Source of the DNA: a virus
Lineage: Duplodnaviria > Caudoviricetes
Virus record (IMG/VR): IMGVR_UViG_3300013767_000078
Span: 1 to 47,356 of that record
Reading direction: 5' to 3' (one strand)
DNA: 47,356 bases
A model generated the notes under the pieces. That model was given only the letters and a program-made list of their open reading frames with translations, did no database searches and was not told where the DNA came from. The translations under genes and the position numbers were made by a program. Positions 45,918 through 47,356 of the stretch are shown here, in pieces. The stretch's first letter is position 1, and each line of letters starts with the position of its first letter.

Positions 45918-46255
45918 GCGAACAGGCTGAAACCGCCCTCACCTTACAGCAGGTAGCTGACCGACTGCAGCTTTCCTACAGCACGGTTTTCGCAATGCGA
46001 AAGCAAATTGGCTTCCGTATGCCCGGTTCGCGCGTCTGGCGCGTTTGGCCGTCCCAACTTGCCAGCATGTCCGAAAGGCGCAACAATCTGACCCGGCTAT
46101 CGCTGCGGGTCGGTATGGAGGACAAATGTCAATCCGCAAAGATAAAAAGTCCGGTATCTATCACCTCGACATCAGCGCGCCAGGCGGCGAAAGAATTCGC
46201 CGCTCTGCTGAAACAAAGGACAAACGGGCAGCGCAGGAATACCACGACCGGCTGA
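45914..46255 (+). CDS. Excisionase-like HTH protein
   Basis: LTLQQVADRLQLSYSTV...G.R..G...WRV; directly upstream of and overlapping int. Confidence 0.65.
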   Translation: MSEQAETALTLQQVADRLQLSYSTVFAMRKQIGFRMPGSRVWRVWPSQLASMSERRNNLTRLSLRVGMEDKCQSAKIKSPVSITSTSARQAAKEFAALLKQRTNGQRRNTTTG

Positions 46256-47220
46256 AGGCTGATTTGTGGCGGCAGGATAAGCTCGGCGAGGTACCCGACC
46301 GCATTTTCGAAGAGGCTGCCATGCGGTTCCTGAAGCTATGTGAGGGGCAGCGCGATTATGCCGGGAAGCTTCGGCACGTCACATATTGGGGAGAGCAATT
46401 TGTCGGTCGCTCAATTCGGAGCATTACTGGTGACGATATCTTCAACGCGTTGCCGACCCATCGATTGATCAAGGGGAAGCCCGCGCGGCCACTCGAGCCA
46501 GGCACGCGCAACCGCTACGTCAACACCATCCGGCGCATGCTGAACCTGTGCGTCGAGTGGGAATGGTTGGACCGCGTGCCGAAGCTCCAGCGGTTCGAGG
46601 AGCCCGACGTGCGGGTGCGGTGGGAGTCGCCGGCGGTCATCATGACGATGATCAATGCGTTGCGCCTGCCGTGGATGCGCGACGCGGCGATCGTAGCCGT
46701 GGCGACTGGGATGCGCGAGTCCGAGCTGTTCGGCCTGCGCATCTCGCAGCTCGACCTCCCGCAGTGCAATGCGTGGATCACGCACGAGGGCGCAAAGTCG
46801 AAGCGAGCCCGGTCGGTACCGCTGAACGAGGATGCGATGAGCGTGCTCGCGCGGCGGGCCCAGACGGCGACGGATCTCGTTTTTACGCGCGGGTACACGC
46901 GCGGAGACGGGCCGCCGAAGCTGATCGGGCAGATCGACAAGCGGGACTTCGCGCGGGCGTGTGAGGCGGCCGGGATGGTCGACTTCAACTGGCACGACCT
47001 GCGGCATACCTGGGCGAGCTGGCACGTGCAGCGCGGCACGCCGCTGATGGTGCTGAAGGAACTGGGCGGTTGGGAGACCGTTGCCATGGTGCAGAAATAC
47101 GCGCACCTCGCACCGAGCCATCTGGCTCAGCACGCCGGCAACGTCAAGTTTCTGTCAATGTCGGTTGAGCAGAAACAAAAAACGCCGCTGTCGGAAGCGG
47201 CGCAATCCCTTGCTGCATAA
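46126..47220 (+). CDS. int: Tyrosine recombinase / phage integrase
   Basis: TGMR..E, K, HDLRH, LGGW, Y catalytic residues; GGAGG RBS before MSIRKDK; ends 9 bp from the att core. Confidence 0.95.
   Translation: MSIRKDKKSGIYHLDISAPGGERIRRSAETKDKRAAQEYHDRLKADLWRQDKLGEVPDRIFEEAAMRFLKLCEGQRDYAGKLRHVTYWGEQFVGRSIRSITGDDIFNALPTHRLIKGKPARPLEPGTRNRYVNTIRRMLNLCVEWEWLDRVPKLQRFEEPDVRVRWESPAVIMTMINALRLPWMRDAAIVAVATGMRESELFGLRISQLDLPQCNAWITHEGAKSKRARSVPLNEDAMSVLARRAQTATDLVFTRGYTRGDGPPKLIGQIDKRDFARACEAAGMVDFNWHDLRHTWASWHVQRGTPLMVLKELGGWETVAMVQKYAHLAPSHLAQHAGNVKFLSMSVEQKQKTPLSEAAQSLAA
47141..47162 (+). repeat. Putative integrase arm-type sites, right arm
   Basis: acgtcaagtttctgtcaatgtc, 20/22 identical to 2085-2106. 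Confidence 0.65.
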
Positions 47221-47229
47221 GGCTTTCAA

Positions 47230-47275
47230 CTGGCCCGCCCTACACGATTCAAACGTGTGACCTACGTTTTGGAAG
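47230..47275 (+). repeat. att core, right junction (46 bp)
   Basis: Identical to 1922-1967. Confidence 0.96.
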
Positions 47276-47337
47276 GCCGTTGCTCGTGTAGCGCCGCGCC
47301 TTGCTGGGTGCAGCTTGTATCCAACTCGCCAGGGCGG
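47231..47337 (-). pseudogene. Degenerate tRNA-Arg(UCU)-like pseudogene used as the integration site
   Basis: Minus strand CCGCCCT GGCGAGTTGGATA [32-nt insert] GAGCA ACGGC CTTCCAA AACGT AGGTC ACACG TTTGAAT CGTGT AGGGCGG GCCA: acceptor and T stems and CCA intact; T-loop, anticodon arm and D-arm broken. Confidence 0.7.
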
Positions 47338-47356
47338 CGTCGCTACAGCCGTGCTA

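Noticed and set aside
47231-47337. Functional tRNA-Gly(TCC) from the apparent anticodon
   Set aside because: The anticodon stem is mispaired, the T-loop is mutated and the D-arm is interrupted. The body resembles tRNA-Arg, so it is treated as a pseudogene.

Overview
High-GC sequence, probably Burkholderia-like (inferred from gene content). A host glmS (54-1871) is followed by an apparently complete ~45.4 kb temperate prophage (1922-47275) with a contractile tail. It is bounded by identical 46-bp att repeats that match the 3' part of a degenerate tRNA-Arg(UCU)-like pseudogene. The minus strand carries the lysis, tail, head, packaging, late-control and replication modules. A lambda-like cro/cI switch lies at 33.1-33.8 kb, with a short repressor lacking a peptidase domain and a LexA-boxed convergent gene. 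The plus-strand early operon encodes recombination proteins, a C5 DNA methyltransferase, an excisionase and the integrase. The most notable feature is a complete diversity-generating retroelement (avd, TR, RT at 41.5-43.3 kb) inside that early operon. Its single 91-bp template repeat matches THREE variable repeats that differ from it only at TR adenines (12, 10 and 13 changes). All three targets are small (120-154 aa) paralogous DUF1566/CLec-like proteins without signal peptides, not tail fibres, and one lies ~7 kb away as the first gene of the early operon. All product calls come from motif recognition and synteny; no database search was run.
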